Assembly: GCA_012862495.1 (NCBI GenBank)
Contig: BLSG01000062.1
Location: 186,890 to 247,923 of the forward strand
DNA from: Thraustochytrium aureum
Taxonomy: Eukaryota
DNA: 61,034 nucleotides
Direction of reading: 5' to 3'
Part shown: one piece after another, positions 60,779 through 61,034 of the stretch
Layout: the number at the start of each line of letters is the position of its first letter
Position numbering within the stretch: the stretch's first letter is position 1
Program-made: the position numbers and the translations under genes
The notes under the pieces: model-generated
What the model was told of the DNA's origin: nothing
What the model saw: only the letters and a program-made list of their open reading frames with translations
Databases searched by the model: none

Positions 60779-61034
60779 CGCAGACCAGGCAGCGCCAGGC
60801 CACGCTCCAACTCCACGCGTGCAGCAGCGCGACGGCCGTGGTGGAGGCGGGTGGAGGCGGCCAAGGGTGGCTTGGCGACGGTGACGGCGCGCGTCCGAAG
60901 TGTAGAGTACCACGTGCTCGAGCACAGTGTACTCGCCCACCACGCAAGAGTCCGGTGAGCACTTACTTTACCAGCCACCGCCTGCTCGATGATCGCTCGC
61001 ATCGAGCTGGCATCGAGCTGGCCTCCAGCACGCT

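Overview
Gene-dense, GC-rich eukaryotic nuclear scaffold with 15 N-gaps and a few short GT-AG spliceosomal introns (74-90 nt). It is not prokaryotic: I see no rRNA, tRNA or CRISPR. The gene set includes flagellar/basal-body genes and the mevalonate pathway, introns are sparse, and tetranucleotide microsatellites such as (GCAG)n and (GCTG)n are common. This fits a flagellate-stage protist; a thraustochytrid/labyrinthulomycete stramenopile is my best guess (inference only). About 18 protein-coding genes are supported, in order: an mS26-like mitochondrial protein, Fab1/PIKfyve, a DZIP1-like protein, a GPI-anchored Ly6/three-finger-like protein, an i-AAA FtsH/YME1 protease, an ornithine-type mitochondrial carrier, a giant multi-TM DEK1-like calpain, HAT1, AP-2 mu, a trypanosomatid/prokaryote-type mevalonate kinase, an ArfGAP with a BAG-like tail, an RCC1-BTB-BTB-TM protein, a P-element-transposase-N-terminus-like protein with a His/Gln tail, IFT43, CstF-77, a membrane-anchored beta-propeller, an FHA + Sfi1-repeat protein and a CDF metal transporter. 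Many genes are broken by single-base indels, mostly in homopolymers; I read these as sequencing errors. Family calls come from motifs recognised by eye, and no database searches were run. The most interesting items are the three-finger/Ly6-like surface protein with a large Cys-rich insertion, the DEK1-like calpain with a Cys-His-Asp triad, and the candidate domesticated P-element-type DNA-binding protein.
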